Below, piece after piece: positions 47,897 to 57,607 of a stretch of 64,000 nt of DNA; the stretch's first letter is position 1; each line of letters begins with the position of its first letter. The stretch covers positions 133,343 to 197,342 of the forward strand of contig MNVE01000016.1 in assembly GCA_001871475.1 (NCBI GenBank), given 5' to 3'. The notes beneath the pieces were generated by a model. That model saw nothing but the letters and a program-made list of their open reading frames with translations. It did no database searches and was not told the origin of the DNA. Source of the stretch: Candidatus Micrarchaeota archaeon CG1_02_47_40. GTDB lineage: Archaea; Micrarchaeota; Micrarchaeia; Anstonellales; CG1-02-47-40. The position numbers were made by a program, and so were the translations under genes.

Positions 47897-50800
47897 TCAG
47901 AAGGAACGGGTGATTTTCCCATATATGAAGTAATCGTTCTTCTTTGTCGGTTCGTATATCCATTCATCAACAACACCAAATCCGAAGTAGCCTGGCTTTC
48001 CGACGATGCTGCCGATTACTCCAAATTCGCCCTGGGCGGTTGCAGAGCGGATTTGCTCGTATTGGGAAAGACCGAGTCCAAGGCATGCCCTAAACTGTCC
48101 AAAGTATTTTTCACCTTTGAAGCCGCCAGTATAAAGCGGCGCACCTTCATCTTCGCCGTATCCTGCCTGCTTCGTGAAATTGAGCATGTAATTGTAAGTC
48201 CTGCCTGCGTGGGTAAAAGTTACCTTCCAAAGGTCTGAATCCACATAAACCCCATTAACCATAATCGGACCCCAGGCAACCCCCCCCTCTGTGGCAATGC
48301 CTCCTTTGCCTATTGGGGAGTTCGGCGGGAGTTTTTCCGCAAAAAGAAGCAGTTTGAAGTTGTCAAGCTTCCAGATGGCGCCCACACCAAGGTTTGTATT
48401 TTTCAGTTTTTCATCCTCCCCAAGGTCAAAACTGGCGACTACAGAGAAATTATCTTTCAAATCAATCATCGTTGAAACGATGTTCCTTTTCTTTCCGCCT
48501 TCAACTCCGGGTGTTTGGGAAAATGAGAGCATCATGCCCGGCGTTCCATCCTCGCTCCTTATTTTCATTGTGAAATCGCGTATGCTGCCTCCTGCAAGCT
48601 GATTGAGAAGGGAGTAATTATCAGCCCCCATGAATGATGATTTCATCGCTTCAGAAACTGTGTAGAGCGCGGCTTTCTTTTCTACCTCAGTTGAGGCAGG
48701 AGTGTTTAAAACTTCCTGATATGCGCCATATGCACTCTTCAGGGCAGTTAAGTCAAGGTTTTGGGGCACGAAAAGCGAGTATGCGCTGTTCTGCGACGGG
48801 TCTGACCAATTTGCCATAACTTCCATGTCTGCAGTTCCAAGCTTGGTTTGGAGATTTGTGGTGTAGCGGTTGTAGCCCTCTTCGTACTTTCTGTATTGAC
48901 TGCGCATTGTCGTTGCGAGATATTTTCCTTCAAATCCTCCAACGAAAGAGTCAAGCTTTTGCCCTTCGCCCGTCTGGGTTTCATCAACGCGCCATGACCC
49001 AAATCCATATCCTCTTGCAAGAAGCCCTGTCTCTCCTTTCTGGCGGGTGTATTCGCCGCTTTGATATCCTATATTCGCCCCTCCAAAGTGCGAATTGCCA
49101 TTATGATCGCTTAGCGCGATTGTAGCGGCAAGTATGCGCTCGTTTTCAAACTCCTTTCTCGCGGAAGTTGATGCTATTCCTATCTGGTTTTGCGCGCCCT
49201 GCGCGAGTTCGCCCTCAACCTTGCTTATGGTTTCCATGTCGCCATAATTTTGCTGAAAAATGTTTCCGGTGCCTGTGCCGGTAAGGTTGCTAAGCTTGTT
49301 CTCGTTTAGAGTATACCAGCCTATTTTCACTTCGTATTTTTCGCCTGATGCCTGCACGGCTTCGGCGCGCTCCCTTTGAACGGTTTGCGCATTGATTCCG
49401 GCAAACTTGATGCTTTTCCCAAGCGCATCGCTTCCAAGCGCAGCATAGAAGCCAGTATGAGTGCCTGCAACATTCTCCTGCCCTAAAGGAACATCATAAA
49501 TTCTCTGCTGGATGCCTACGCTTCCCTGAAACGCGCCTTCATCATATGAGCCAATGCGGGAGAATATGTTTCCTACCTTTTCAATGGAATCCTGTGATGT
49601 AGTATAAAGCGCTTTTCTGACATCGTCTGTCAAAATGAGTTCAACCCAAGTCGTGCCTGCCATGCGCCAATAGACGTGCAAATCATCCATGTAATTGCTT
49701 GTTTCGCTTGTTTGGGCTTGCGAGCCGGTGCTGTGCCAGTCATAATGCATAAGCAGGGAGGATTGGGCATACGGCGAGCTGTTGAGCTGTGCCACAACAT
49801 TTTCGTTGACTGCCTTGTATGACTGGGATTCCTGCTGTGTTGCCTGTAAATTGTATTGAAGATTTCTGATGAGCGCGCCGCCTATGAGCGGCAGTTTGCT
49901 ATTTTGTATTTCAGCGTATGCCTGCTGATTTGTTGAATCTGTGCCTGCATTTTCAGAGGTGGTTGAGATTACGCCTCCGCTTGCGTTTGAGAGGGGGTTT
50001 ATGGAGTTCCAAACTCCTTCTCCAGTTATTCCTTTGTGTTGTGCATTATCAAACGTGTTGCCTCCTGCAAGCGTGCCGTCTAATGAACCGACTCCGCCCA
50101 TTCTCGGAAAACCCCTTCCAAGCGCCCCCTCAAGAGACTCGTCAAGGGCGCGCTGTGCGAACGTTATGTCTGTGTAGTACTCCCTTTCAAGCCCTCTTAA
50201 GAAGAGCCTTGCAAATCCATCCCGCGTCCATTGCCTGTTCTTGAAAGAGTAAAGCTCCCTGCGGCTCTCCTCAAGCTGATAGGGCATCGAGCTTTGGAAT
50301 GTCTGCCCGATTGTGGTTATTGGGTATGGCTCGTCAAATGGTCCGAATAAATGCCTTCCGAATTGGTCGCGCAAAAACCCGAAAACGTTGTCATAAGGCG
50401 AAATCAGATATTCATTAATTCCGGTTATTGCCGATGGCTTTATGTAAATAATTCCCTTGTCGCTGACACCTATCTGTTCATTGGTGAAATTCGCGACAAA
50501 ATTATCCGTATTCAGGTCGTATTGCGCCATGCTTGAGAAAAAGGCGCCAAGCTTTGCTTTCTTTTCCTCTTGGGTGCCCGGATATCCGTAAACGGTCATT
50601 GCATACTCTGCGGTTGAATTGAGTATTTGCAGCCTTGTGGAGTAATCAACCACTGAAATGTCCGGGAATATTTTTTTAAGCAATTTCTCCTGCCCCATAA
50701 GCTCGTGCATTACGGCATTTGATTTTCCCTTATTGGCAGAAAATAGGTCGCGCAGGGGATTTGCACCGTAAATTGAGTTTGAGATTTCATTTATGCCCGT

Positions 50801-52210
50801 ATCTATAGAGAAGGCCGCATTTGCCATGCTGACACTTCCTGTTGCATTCTGTTCGGGATTTTGGAGTATGCCCCAAATCTGGTTCTGGTTTTGGCTAAGC
50901 CAGTCAAGCCCCTGCGTTATGTGCGTAATGCCGCTCATGTCTGCGCCGCCAACATTCATGCCTGCAAGAAGCTGTTGTTTGTAATCAAGAAGCCTGCCAA
51001 GGATTGGGATGAGCTGCATATTAAAAACGTTTTGCGAAAGGCCGTTTGCAGAGCCAAAAAGATTATTCAGATTTGTATATTCCGTCCTGAAAGCCGCTAG
51101 ATATTGCACTGCAGATTCATAGGCAGGCGTCGCATTCAGGTTTAACTGGGAGATTGGCAGTTCTTTGTTGTTTATCAGGCTTATTCCCTTTAGGATTGTT
51201 TCCATATTGTATACTGAACGCCTGTAAAGATACGCCGCTTCCGGTCCGTTTAAGTTGAATACTTGGTCGGGCAGGACGTTCACTGCTGCAAAGCCGGAAA
51301 CCAGCTCATCTGCCGCCGAGGAATTTTTCTGCCTTGCCCTTTCAAGGTTTCCCTTTATCGCGCCTTCTTCAAGAAGTGCGTTTGCAAGTGATTTATACTG
51401 CTCAAGAATGCCTGCATTCTTTCTGATGCCTTGCGTGTTTATGCCGTGTGCAGTTAGGGTTTTGTCGTAGGCGGACATGTCCGGACCATAAACTGCCTTT
51501 ATTGCAAATTCTGCTGCGGCAGGGATTATCAGAAATTTTCCAGCAGCATCCTTCTTTTCAACATCGTCCAGTTTTCCAATCATTTTTTTTATTGCTTCCT
51601 CGTCGCCCATATAATTGAAAATGTATTCCCTTGTGGCATAATCAACTGCGTTTATAAGTGAAACGCATTTTGCGGCATCCCTTGAGAATGCCTGCAGGGA
51701 TTGCCCAATAATTATATTGCTGTTTTTGAGAAGCTCCAATTCCGTTGCGTCATCCCTAATATTGCTGTGTTTGTCGTCCCATTGCTTGCAGAGGGAGTCA
51801 AAACTCTGCAAGTCGTCCCAGTTTGAATAGTTGATTATCTGCATTGTCAGGTTGAAAAAATCTTTCTTAAGCCCAAGCGTATGAAGCGTCTGGTCAAATT
51901 CATTTTTACCTTCTGTTGGGGTGTATTGTGTGTCGTTGTAGACTTTTTTTGGAGTTGAAACGAGAATATCGCTTTTTGGCAGTTGTGTTGGTGGTTCCCC
52001 GGCTTTCTGTAGAAGATTTTCAAGATTTCGCATATATGCAAGCGCCTTGGCTTGCTCATTTGATTTGTATGCACTTTGAAGATTTCTCAATTCCGCCAAA
52101 AGAGAGGGATATCGCTCGGTGCCTTTAAAGGCATCTACCCTCGTTTGAAACTCCTCTATTTGCCTTGGTTCGATGGAAAGTTGCAGGCTGCCCATAATTA
52201 ACACTCTCAC
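47897..52210 (-). CDS. Very large hypothetical protein (1437 aa): helical N-half, beta-barrel-like C-half
   Basis: Uninterrupted ORF overlapping the upstream stop. The C-half is Gly/Thr/Gln/aromatic-rich with alternating strands and ends YFIYGKITRSF. Start may be ATG 52195. Confidence 0.8.
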   Translation of the reverse strand: MRVLIMGSLQLSIEPRQIEEFQTRVDAFKGTERYPSLLAELRNLQSAYKSNEQAKALAYMRNLENLLQKAGEPPTQLPKSDILVSTPKKVYNDTQYTPTEGKNEFDQTLHTLGLKKDFFNLTMQIINYSNWDDLQSFDSLCKQWDDKHSNIRDDATELELLKNSNIIIGQSLQAFSRDAAKCVSLINAVDYATREYIFNYMGDEEAIKKMIGKLDDVEKKDAAGKFLIIPAAAEFAIKAVYGPDMSAYDKTLTAHGINTQGIRKNAGILEQYKSLANALLEEGAIKGNLERARQKNSSAADELVSGFAAVNVLPDQVFNLNGPEAAYLYRRSVYNMETILKGISLINNKELPISQLNLNATPAYESAVQYLAAFRTEYTNLNNLFGSANGLSQNVFNMQLIPILGRLLDYKQQLLAGMNVGGADMSGITHITQGLDWLSQNQNQIWGILQNPEQNATGSVSMANAAFSIDTGINEISNSIYGANPLRDLFSANKGKSNAVMHELMGQEKLLKKIFPDISVVDYSTRLQILNSTAEYAMTVYGYPGTQEEKKAKLGAFFSSMAQYDLNTDNFVANFTNEQIGVSDKGIIYIKPSAITGINEYLISPYDNVFGFLRDQFGRHLFGPFDEPYPITTIGQTFQSSMPYQLEESRRELYSFKNRQWTRDGFARLFLRGLEREYYTDITFAQRALDESLEGALGRGFPRMGGVGSLDGTLAGGNTFDNAQHKGITGEGVWNSINPLSNASGGVISTTSENAGTDSTNQQAYAEIQNSKLPLIGGALIRNLQYNLQATQQESQSYKAVNENVVAQLNSSPYAQSSLLMHYDWHSTGSQAQTSETSNYMDDLHVYWRMAGTTWVELILTDDVRKALYTTSQDSIEKVGNIFSRIGSYDEGAFQGSVGIQQRIYDVPLGQENVAGTHTGFYAALGSDALGKSIKFAGINAQTVQRERAEAVQASGEKYEVKIGWYTLNENKLSNLTGTGTGNIFQQNYGDMETISKVEGELAQGAQNQIGIASTSARKEFENERILAATIALSDHNGNSHFGGANIGYQSGEYTRQKGETGLLARGYGFGSWRVDETQTGEGQKLDSFVGGFEGKYLATTMRSQYRKYEEGYNRYTTNLQTKLGTADMEVMANWSDPSQNSAYSLFVPQNLDLTALKSAYGAYQEVLNTPASTEVEKKAALYTVSEAMKSSFMGADNYSLLNQLAGGSIRDFTMKIRSEDGTPGMMLSFSQTPGVEGGKKRNIVSTMIDLKDNFSVVASFDLGEDEKLKNTNLGVGAIWKLDNFKLLLFAEKLPPNSPIGKGGIATEGGVAWGPIMVNGVYVDSDLWKVTFTHAGRTYNYMLNFTKQAGYGEDEGAPLYTGGFKGEKYFGQFRACLGLGLSQYEQIRSATAQGEFGVIGSIVGKPGYFGFGVVDEWIYEPTKKNDYFIYGKITRSF

Positions 52211-54324
52211 TTAAGCGTTTGGAGATAGAGTATCCTGTTGCTATCGGTTGTAAAGGTATTGAGATCGGTTGCGATTTGAATGAACTCATTTTCGTTGCGA
52301 CTTAATCCGCTAAGTTTAGTTTCAAGCTCGGGAGATATTGAAAGATTCAGTGTGTTCTTCACGAAACCAACCAAATCCGCGCTGCTTTTCACTTCCTCCG
52401 CCTTAATCGGCGCTTGGGCTGGCGTTTCCTCCACCTGCGCTTTTACTGACACTGATTCAGGCAACTCTTCTACCTCCGAATTTTCTTCAGCACTTGTGCC
52501 CGACACGCTAACCTCAAACTCCAGCAGTCCGGCGTCTTTGTAGGCTTCGCTGGCTTTCACTATCTTGTAGGCTTCTTTCAGGCGTTCAGATGAAGACTCA
52601 AGTTCAATAAGTTCGACATACTTGCTTTTAATTGCCTCAAAAAATTCCTTATTTTCAAGCATATGCCGAATCATCTCGGGATTTATCTTCTGGTATTCTT
52701 CACTGCCCATATTGCAGGCTGTAAGGAAATTCTTTAGAGTTTCGGCGTTTTTATCTATCTCTTCTTTCTTCCCTGACTGGAAGTTCTCTTTCAGGTTCCC
52801 TGCACGGTCATTTGCAATTTGACTGATAACATTCCTTAAAGTCACTTTATTGCCGTCTGCGTTCTTGAAAAGAGTGTCGTCTATGTTTCCGGCGCTTATC
52901 CTGCCTGCCTCCTCTTTTGCGTTTGCAAGAAGCTTCTCTTTGTTTTTTGCGTCCTGGCTGATGAGGCTTTTCAGAGTTGTCTCAAGGGTTGCATCAGTTA
53001 TTTCGTATTTGCCGGTTCCCTTCCCATTTTTCTTTATTTCCTTGGCAATTCCGGCAAACTCGGCGCACGCAAGATAGAGTTTCTTATCGTCTTTGTTCGT
53101 CACGTTCGCAAGCCCTGCAAGGTATGCCGACTGCGCCTCGGTTGAGGGCTCAACGAAGAGGGTGTTGTTAGTGCGGTAAGTAATGAGGATTTGGAGAAGC
53201 TCGGAGGAAGCAAATGAGCGCTCGGGTGCGCTGTTGAGAGCGGAGACTGTTGTTTTTCTTCCATTGATGTATAGAGCCGGCTCCTGCAAGCTGATTGCGC
53301 TTGCGATTGCGTTTTTTGCTTGGCTGACGATGGCGTTGATGGTGGAGATGATTGCTTCCCCATTTGGTATGGGTGCTTCGGATTGCACTTCAGTGACATC
53401 AGGCTTTTTCTCAACCGGCTCGTAGTTTCCCTTTATTCCGGTTAATATGTCTGTCCACTTGTCTTTCCATTTCTGCGTTGTCGCAAGAGAGTTCAGGAGC
53501 TCGCTTTGAACGCCCCCATCCTTGTCAAACATCTTCTCAAGCATCGCATCTGCGGTTTCCGCCTTCAGCCCGTCAGCTATTGTTTTTGCCTTCGGATATC
53601 CCTTTGCGGTGAAAAGCGCGAAAAGCTCCCTGAAAAGAAGGGTTTGTTTTTCATCAAGCAGAGTGTTTGCATCCTTTTTTTGCAGATAGCCGACAAACTC
53701 GCTTCTCTTGTGCTTTGTCCTGTCTATAAGCCCGTTCTCAAACATCCATCTTAAAGCAAAGAACGCGCCTTCCTTCATCATCTTCTGCTTCAGGTCGGCT
53801 CCGGTTATGTCCTTGCCCTCTGCCGAGTAGGTGCTGCTGTCTTTTATCTTTTCTTCGGTCGCGGTGTTGAAGAAAGGAATATTGCCAAGAAGGACTTTTT
53901 TGTCGGCTTCTGAAATCAGCTTATTGTATATTGGGCTGAAAACGCCGTCTATGTGAGTGTATGAGAGCGTTTTGGCGGCTGCCGGTGTTGCCGCGTTTTC
54001 AGTTGCAGTAATTCTGTTCAAATCCGCAATGAAATCGTCTACTTTAGAATAATTCTTGTCAGTGCCAGTAAATCCGAAATGGGAAAGATACATGCGCTTC
54101 AAAGAGTTGCCGGAAGTGCGGCAGATATTCCAAGTTGAGTCTATTTTTTGAGTTTTAATGTAATCTAAAGCTTCAACTGCTGTTTCAGCTGCGTTTGTTT
54201 TATTCGGTGGGTTTTCTTTGAGGCAAGTTATTATGCTGTTGCGAAATTTTGCGAGTTCCTTCTCCTGCTCTTGGGAAACCACAGTTTTTTTCAACTGCAA
54301 CTCAAATAAAAACACCATGTTCAT
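52207..54324 (-). CDS. Large hypothetical protein (705 aa), predicted all-helical and charged
   Basis: Uninterrupted ORF with GGAGG RBS. Lys/Glu/Ala-rich, no TM or signal peptide seen. Confidence 0.8.
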   Translation of the reverse strand: MNMVFLFELQLKKTVVSQEQEKELAKFRNSIITCLKENPPNKTNAAETAVEALDYIKTQKIDSTWNICRTSGNSLKRMYLSHFGFTGTDKNYSKVDDFIADLNRITATENAATPAAAKTLSYTHIDGVFSPIYNKLISEADKKVLLGNIPFFNTATEEKIKDSSTYSAEGKDITGADLKQKMMKEGAFFALRWMFENGLIDRTKHKRSEFVGYLQKKDANTLLDEKQTLLFRELFALFTAKGYPKAKTIADGLKAETADAMLEKMFDKDGGVQSELLNSLATTQKWKDKWTDILTGIKGNYEPVEKKPDVTEVQSEAPIPNGEAIISTINAIVSQAKNAIASAISLQEPALYINGRKTTVSALNSAPERSFASSELLQILITYRTNNTLFVEPSTEAQSAYLAGLANVTNKDDKKLYLACAEFAGIAKEIKKNGKGTGKYEITDATLETTLKSLISQDAKNKEKLLANAKEEAGRISAGNIDDTLFKNADGNKVTLRNVISQIANDRAGNLKENFQSGKKEEIDKNAETLKNFLTACNMGSEEYQKINPEMIRHMLENKEFFEAIKSKYVELIELESSSERLKEAYKIVKASEAYKDAGLLEFEVSVSGTSAEENSEVEELPESVSVKAQVEETPAQAPIKAEEVKSSADLVGFVKNTLNLSISPELETKLSGLSRNENEFIQIATDLNTFTTDSNRILYLQTLK

Positions 54325-54337
54325 CAGCCTCCTTAAA

Positions 54338-56410
54338 TCATTTTAAAGTTTCTTCTATCGCGGCGTCAAAATCATCTTTATTCTTTATGGAATTTTTCTT
54401 CTTTTTTAACTCCTCTGCCAAAGCTTCTCTTAAGTCGTTTATGCTGTTGTTGGGGTGCCTTTTTTGCAGTGTGCCGTCAAACTCGCCTTTTTCCACGTCT
54501 GAAAGGGCGGCATCAAAGCTGAAGGTCGTGTCCTGCGCTGCCGGTTGCAGGAATTTTTTCAGCTCCTCTCCAAGAATTTTTTGTTTTGTGGAGTCGGTTA
54601 TCTCTTCAAACCGTAAATTCAAGCTGTCTTTTAGGGCTTGCATCTTCGTGCTGTCGCCTCCGAGTATTTCGTATGGGGTGGTAATAATTTTCACCGTGCC
54701 CCCAGGGGCTTTTTCCCAGTTGATAGGTGTATTTCCTATTTGAACTATCCAGTCTTTGGTGACAGATTTTTTGGCTTCGTTTAGTGCTTCATCCTGTTTT
54801 TTCTGCTTTTCCAGCTGCTGCTTCGTTTGTTCTTCCTGCGCTTTTTGTGCCGCTTCGTTCGCTTCGTGCTTTTGGGCGGATTTTTGCGCAGTAGAATTAA
54901 AGTAGAATTTTCTTGGGAGGACCGATTCTGCGGCAAAGGCGGGTTGGCGCGCCCAAAGTTTCGCGTCTGCCAGCAATGGCTTTGCCACACGAATGGCCCC
55001 TTCACCGATAACGCCTCCAAGGTAAGCAGGTGAGTATGCCGCCCCTATCCCGATATTTGCCAGCTTTGTTTGCCCCGCCATATGCTCCACCCTATGTTCA
55101 TCTACCCACTTAAGTGGAGAAACTCCTTTTGGTTTCCATTTTCTAAGCCGGACTCCCAAGCCCTTGATTTTCTTAGTGCTGGTTGCTATTGCTTTTCCAG
55201 CTCCCTCGTTGAGGAGTTGTGATGCTGTTTTTTCTCCGATTTCACTGCCTGCGTTTCCAATTACATTTTTTCCTGCGCCCATGGCGATGTCATACTCGTC
55301 AACAACCTTCAGCGATACTCCATTTTCCCCGAATTCCAGAGATAATTTAGCATTCGGATTGCGGCGCAATTTGCGAGAAACCTCCAAAGCAACGGTTTCC
55401 ATATCCTTTACGAAAGAATTGTAAACCTCCCTAAGCTCGGGATTACTGAAAAGAGTTTTTCCTTTTCCCTCTAAAAGAACCGTCGCGCCTCCGGCAGTTA
55501 CTTCCCTTCCTGTTTTGGTGGAAACGTCAATGGCTGTCTTTTCTACTGCTTGGTTGAACTCATCCACATGCTGTTTTAGGAACTTCGCAGTTGCGTCCTC
55601 AATTTCCTCCCGAGTTATGGCTCCTCCTTTGTTTTTTATCAGCGCAAACAAATCTTCTGCAGTCGCATTCTTGACGTAATCAATAGGATTTGTGTTCTTT
55701 AGGATGTATTTAGGTGCGTTTAGCGCAAAATCGCTGTAAGCTTGGGAGAGCGCCCTCCTTGCCGCTTGGGAGGTTATGGCATCCGCCATCATCTTCTCGG
55801 CTTGTTTGGCGCTTAACTCACCTGCGGCTTTCACGGCTTCGGCTTCCGTTGCCGTTTGGATAAGCTTCGTTTCAGCAACGCTTTTTGTGACTGGGTTGCC
55901 GGCTGCCAGTTTTACTGCGAGATCGGCACTTTTTATAGCATTACTCTCACTTCTTTCCAAAACTGCGCGCTTGACAAGCTCCTTGCTTGGCGGCATAAAT
56001 CCCTCCTCCAGTGCCACCTGCGCAAGCGGTTTTACTGCTCGTTCTGCGACTTGCCTTCCAAGTTTTTTTTCTGCTTCTTTGGCGGTGTCTTCAATCATCT
56101 TCTTGGCTACCTTTACAGCTATTGGGCGCAGCGCCATTGCCTCCGCCTTGAGCATAATCCCGACAGGAGGGTATAACAGTGCGGCATCACCTACAAGAGA
56201 GATTGCAAAAGCACTTGCCATGATTCCTGCCGCCCCCCACTGTCCGCGTGCGGTGTAACATATTCCGTCTTTGAATGCTATGGCTGTGCCGGTTATGGGG
56301 AGCCACTCAAGCGCCTTCTCGGTCTGTGTTTTCCCCTTTTCAGGGTTTATCCAACTTCCAGTAATCAGCTTATCCCAATTACTCGGCTTTTCTTGTTGAG
56401 TTTGAGTCAT
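54338..56410 (-). CDS. Hypothetical protein (690 aa) with an N-terminal pre-toxin-TG-like hydrophobic hairpin
   Basis: LEWLPITGTAIAFKDG....RGQWGAAG...AFAISLVGD...PPVG..LKA, then an Ala/Lys/Glu-rich helical region. TAATG coupling to the upstream gene. Confidence 0.75.
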   Translation of the reverse strand: MTQTQQEKPSNWDKLITGSWINPEKGKTQTEKALEWLPITGTAIAFKDGICYTARGQWGAAGIMASAFAISLVGDAALLYPPVGIMLKAEAMALRPIAVKVAKKMIEDTAKEAEKKLGRQVAERAVKPLAQVALEEGFMPPSKELVKRAVLERSESNAIKSADLAVKLAAGNPVTKSVAETKLIQTATEAEAVKAAGELSAKQAEKMMADAITSQAARRALSQAYSDFALNAPKYILKNTNPIDYVKNATAEDLFALIKNKGGAITREEIEDATAKFLKQHVDEFNQAVEKTAIDVSTKTGREVTAGGATVLLEGKGKTLFSNPELREVYNSFVKDMETVALEVSRKLRRNPNAKLSLEFGENGVSLKVVDEYDIAMGAGKNVIGNAGSEIGEKTASQLLNEGAGKAIATSTKKIKGLGVRLRKWKPKGVSPLKWVDEHRVEHMAGQTKLANIGIGAAYSPAYLGGVIGEGAIRVAKPLLADAKLWARQPAFAAESVLPRKFYFNSTAQKSAQKHEANEAAQKAQEEQTKQQLEKQKKQDEALNEAKKSVTKDWIVQIGNTPINWEKAPGGTVKIITTPYEILGGDSTKMQALKDSLNLRFEEITDSTKQKILGEELKKFLQPAAQDTTFSFDAALSDVEKGEFDGTLQKRHPNNSINDLREALAEELKKKKNSIKNKDDFDAAIEETLK

Positions 56411-56895
56411 TATTCCACCCCTCTAGCATAGCTTACAAAACTCTCTGCAGCTTCTTTTCCCCTATGTTCATTAAGCCAATTTTGAATGTGTGTAAAATTT
56501 GCCTTGTATTCTTTATTTCCGTCTATTTCCATTTTGAATTTCGGGGATTTTTCATACATGGCATAAACAAGGACAGAATAAACTGTGGCTACGTTTGCTG
56601 ATTCAGCAAGAAGCGCATTTTTCTCCTCCTCGCTCTTTGCAGATGAATAGCGGTTTTGGAGGTCGCGCACATAATTTATTGCAAGCGCATTTGAGAACCA
56701 ATCAGAATACTTCATTATTTTCAGTATTTCTTCCGGGTTTGTTATTTCCTTTGACTTATCAAACAGTATTTTCTTCCCCTCAAGAGTAACAGCTTCAATG
56801 AACTGCGCCTTCTTATCCAATTTCAGCTTCGGGACTATTCCCTTTAATGAAACTTTCACCATGTTTTTTTGAGGTTTATCCGCCAAGTAAATCAC
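56410..56895 (-). CDS. Hypothetical protein (161 aa), first gene of the large-protein operon
   Basis: ORF downstream of a TTTATAAATA box (~56929-56938, minus strand). Its stop overlaps the next ATG. Start uncertain. Confidence 0.7.
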   Translation of the reverse strand: MIYLADKPQKNMVKVSLKGIVPKLKLDKKAQFIEAVTLEGKKILFDKSKEITNPEEILKIMKYSDWFSNALAINYVRDLQNRYSSAKSEEEKNALLAESANVATVYSVLVYAMYEKSPKFKMEIDGNKEYKANFTHIQNWLNEHRGKEAAESFVSYARGVE

Positions 56896-56969
56896 CTCTC
56901 GTTTGTATGAAGAAAATAGGATTATTCTTATTTATAAATCCATATGTAGTATTTTGGGGGAGATAATGG

Positions 56970-57503
56970 TTATTCCGCCTCCTTTAACGCCTTTCCCACT
57001 TCCTTCCCAAACGCATACGCCGACTTTGGCCCGTTTGCAGTGATTATTCTCCCGTCCCTCTCCACATCGCGGGAAGTAAAAAGCGCGCCTGCCTCTTTTA
57101 GCATGGAAATGGTTTTCTCATCTGCAAAACCAGTTACATTTCTGTTTTTTGCCAAATTCGCAGCAGCAAGTATTCGTGGGGCTATGCATATCGCTCCAAT
57201 CGCCAGCCCGCTCTTATAACTCTCCTGCGCAAGCTCAATCAATCCTTTATTCTGTGCAAAGCCAAACTCTTCAAAGCCCCCTCCCCCAACGAAAATTATG
57301 GCGGAATAATCGGAAACTTTTACCTCGTCGCTACTCAAATTCACCTCTATCTCCCTTCCAAGCGCCCCTACTGCGTTCCCTTTTTTCGTGCTTGCAACTT
57401 CAGAAACAAAGCCTTCTTCATCCAGCGCCCGCACAGTCTCAAAGAGCTCCTCATCTCTGAAATTGCGCGGAGCGATTATGAAAAGAACCTTTTTTTCCTG
57501 CAT
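56970..57503 (-). CDS. DJ-1/PfpI family protein
   Basis: F.DEE, IIFVGGGG, GAICIAP and DGRIITANGP motifs. Confidence 0.9.
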   Translation of the reverse strand: MQEKKVLFIIAPRNFRDEELFETVRALDEEGFVSEVASTKKGNAVGALGREIEVNLSSDEVKVSDYSAIIFVGGGGFEEFGFAQNKGLIELAQESYKSGLAIGAICIAPRILAAANLAKNRNVTGFADEKTISMLKEAGALFTSRDVERDGRIITANGPKSAYAFGKEVGKALKEAE

Positions 57504-57607
57504 GAAAACACCTCATTCTTTTGGATGCGTTAGCTTCGCCAAGACACAAATGTTTCGTTTTGTTAGAACATTTAGAGCTAAAATGTTCTAGTATATTAGA
57601 ACAGTTC

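Noticed and set aside
47897-56895. Provirus or tape-measure module
   Set aside because: No integrase, terminase, portal, capsid or att site was recognised, and the flanks are ordinary chromosomal genes. Not fully excluded without structure searches.
56936-56952. NrdR box upstream of the large-protein operon
   Set aside because: Single weak match (ATCCATATGTAGTAT) with several mismatches and no tandem partner.
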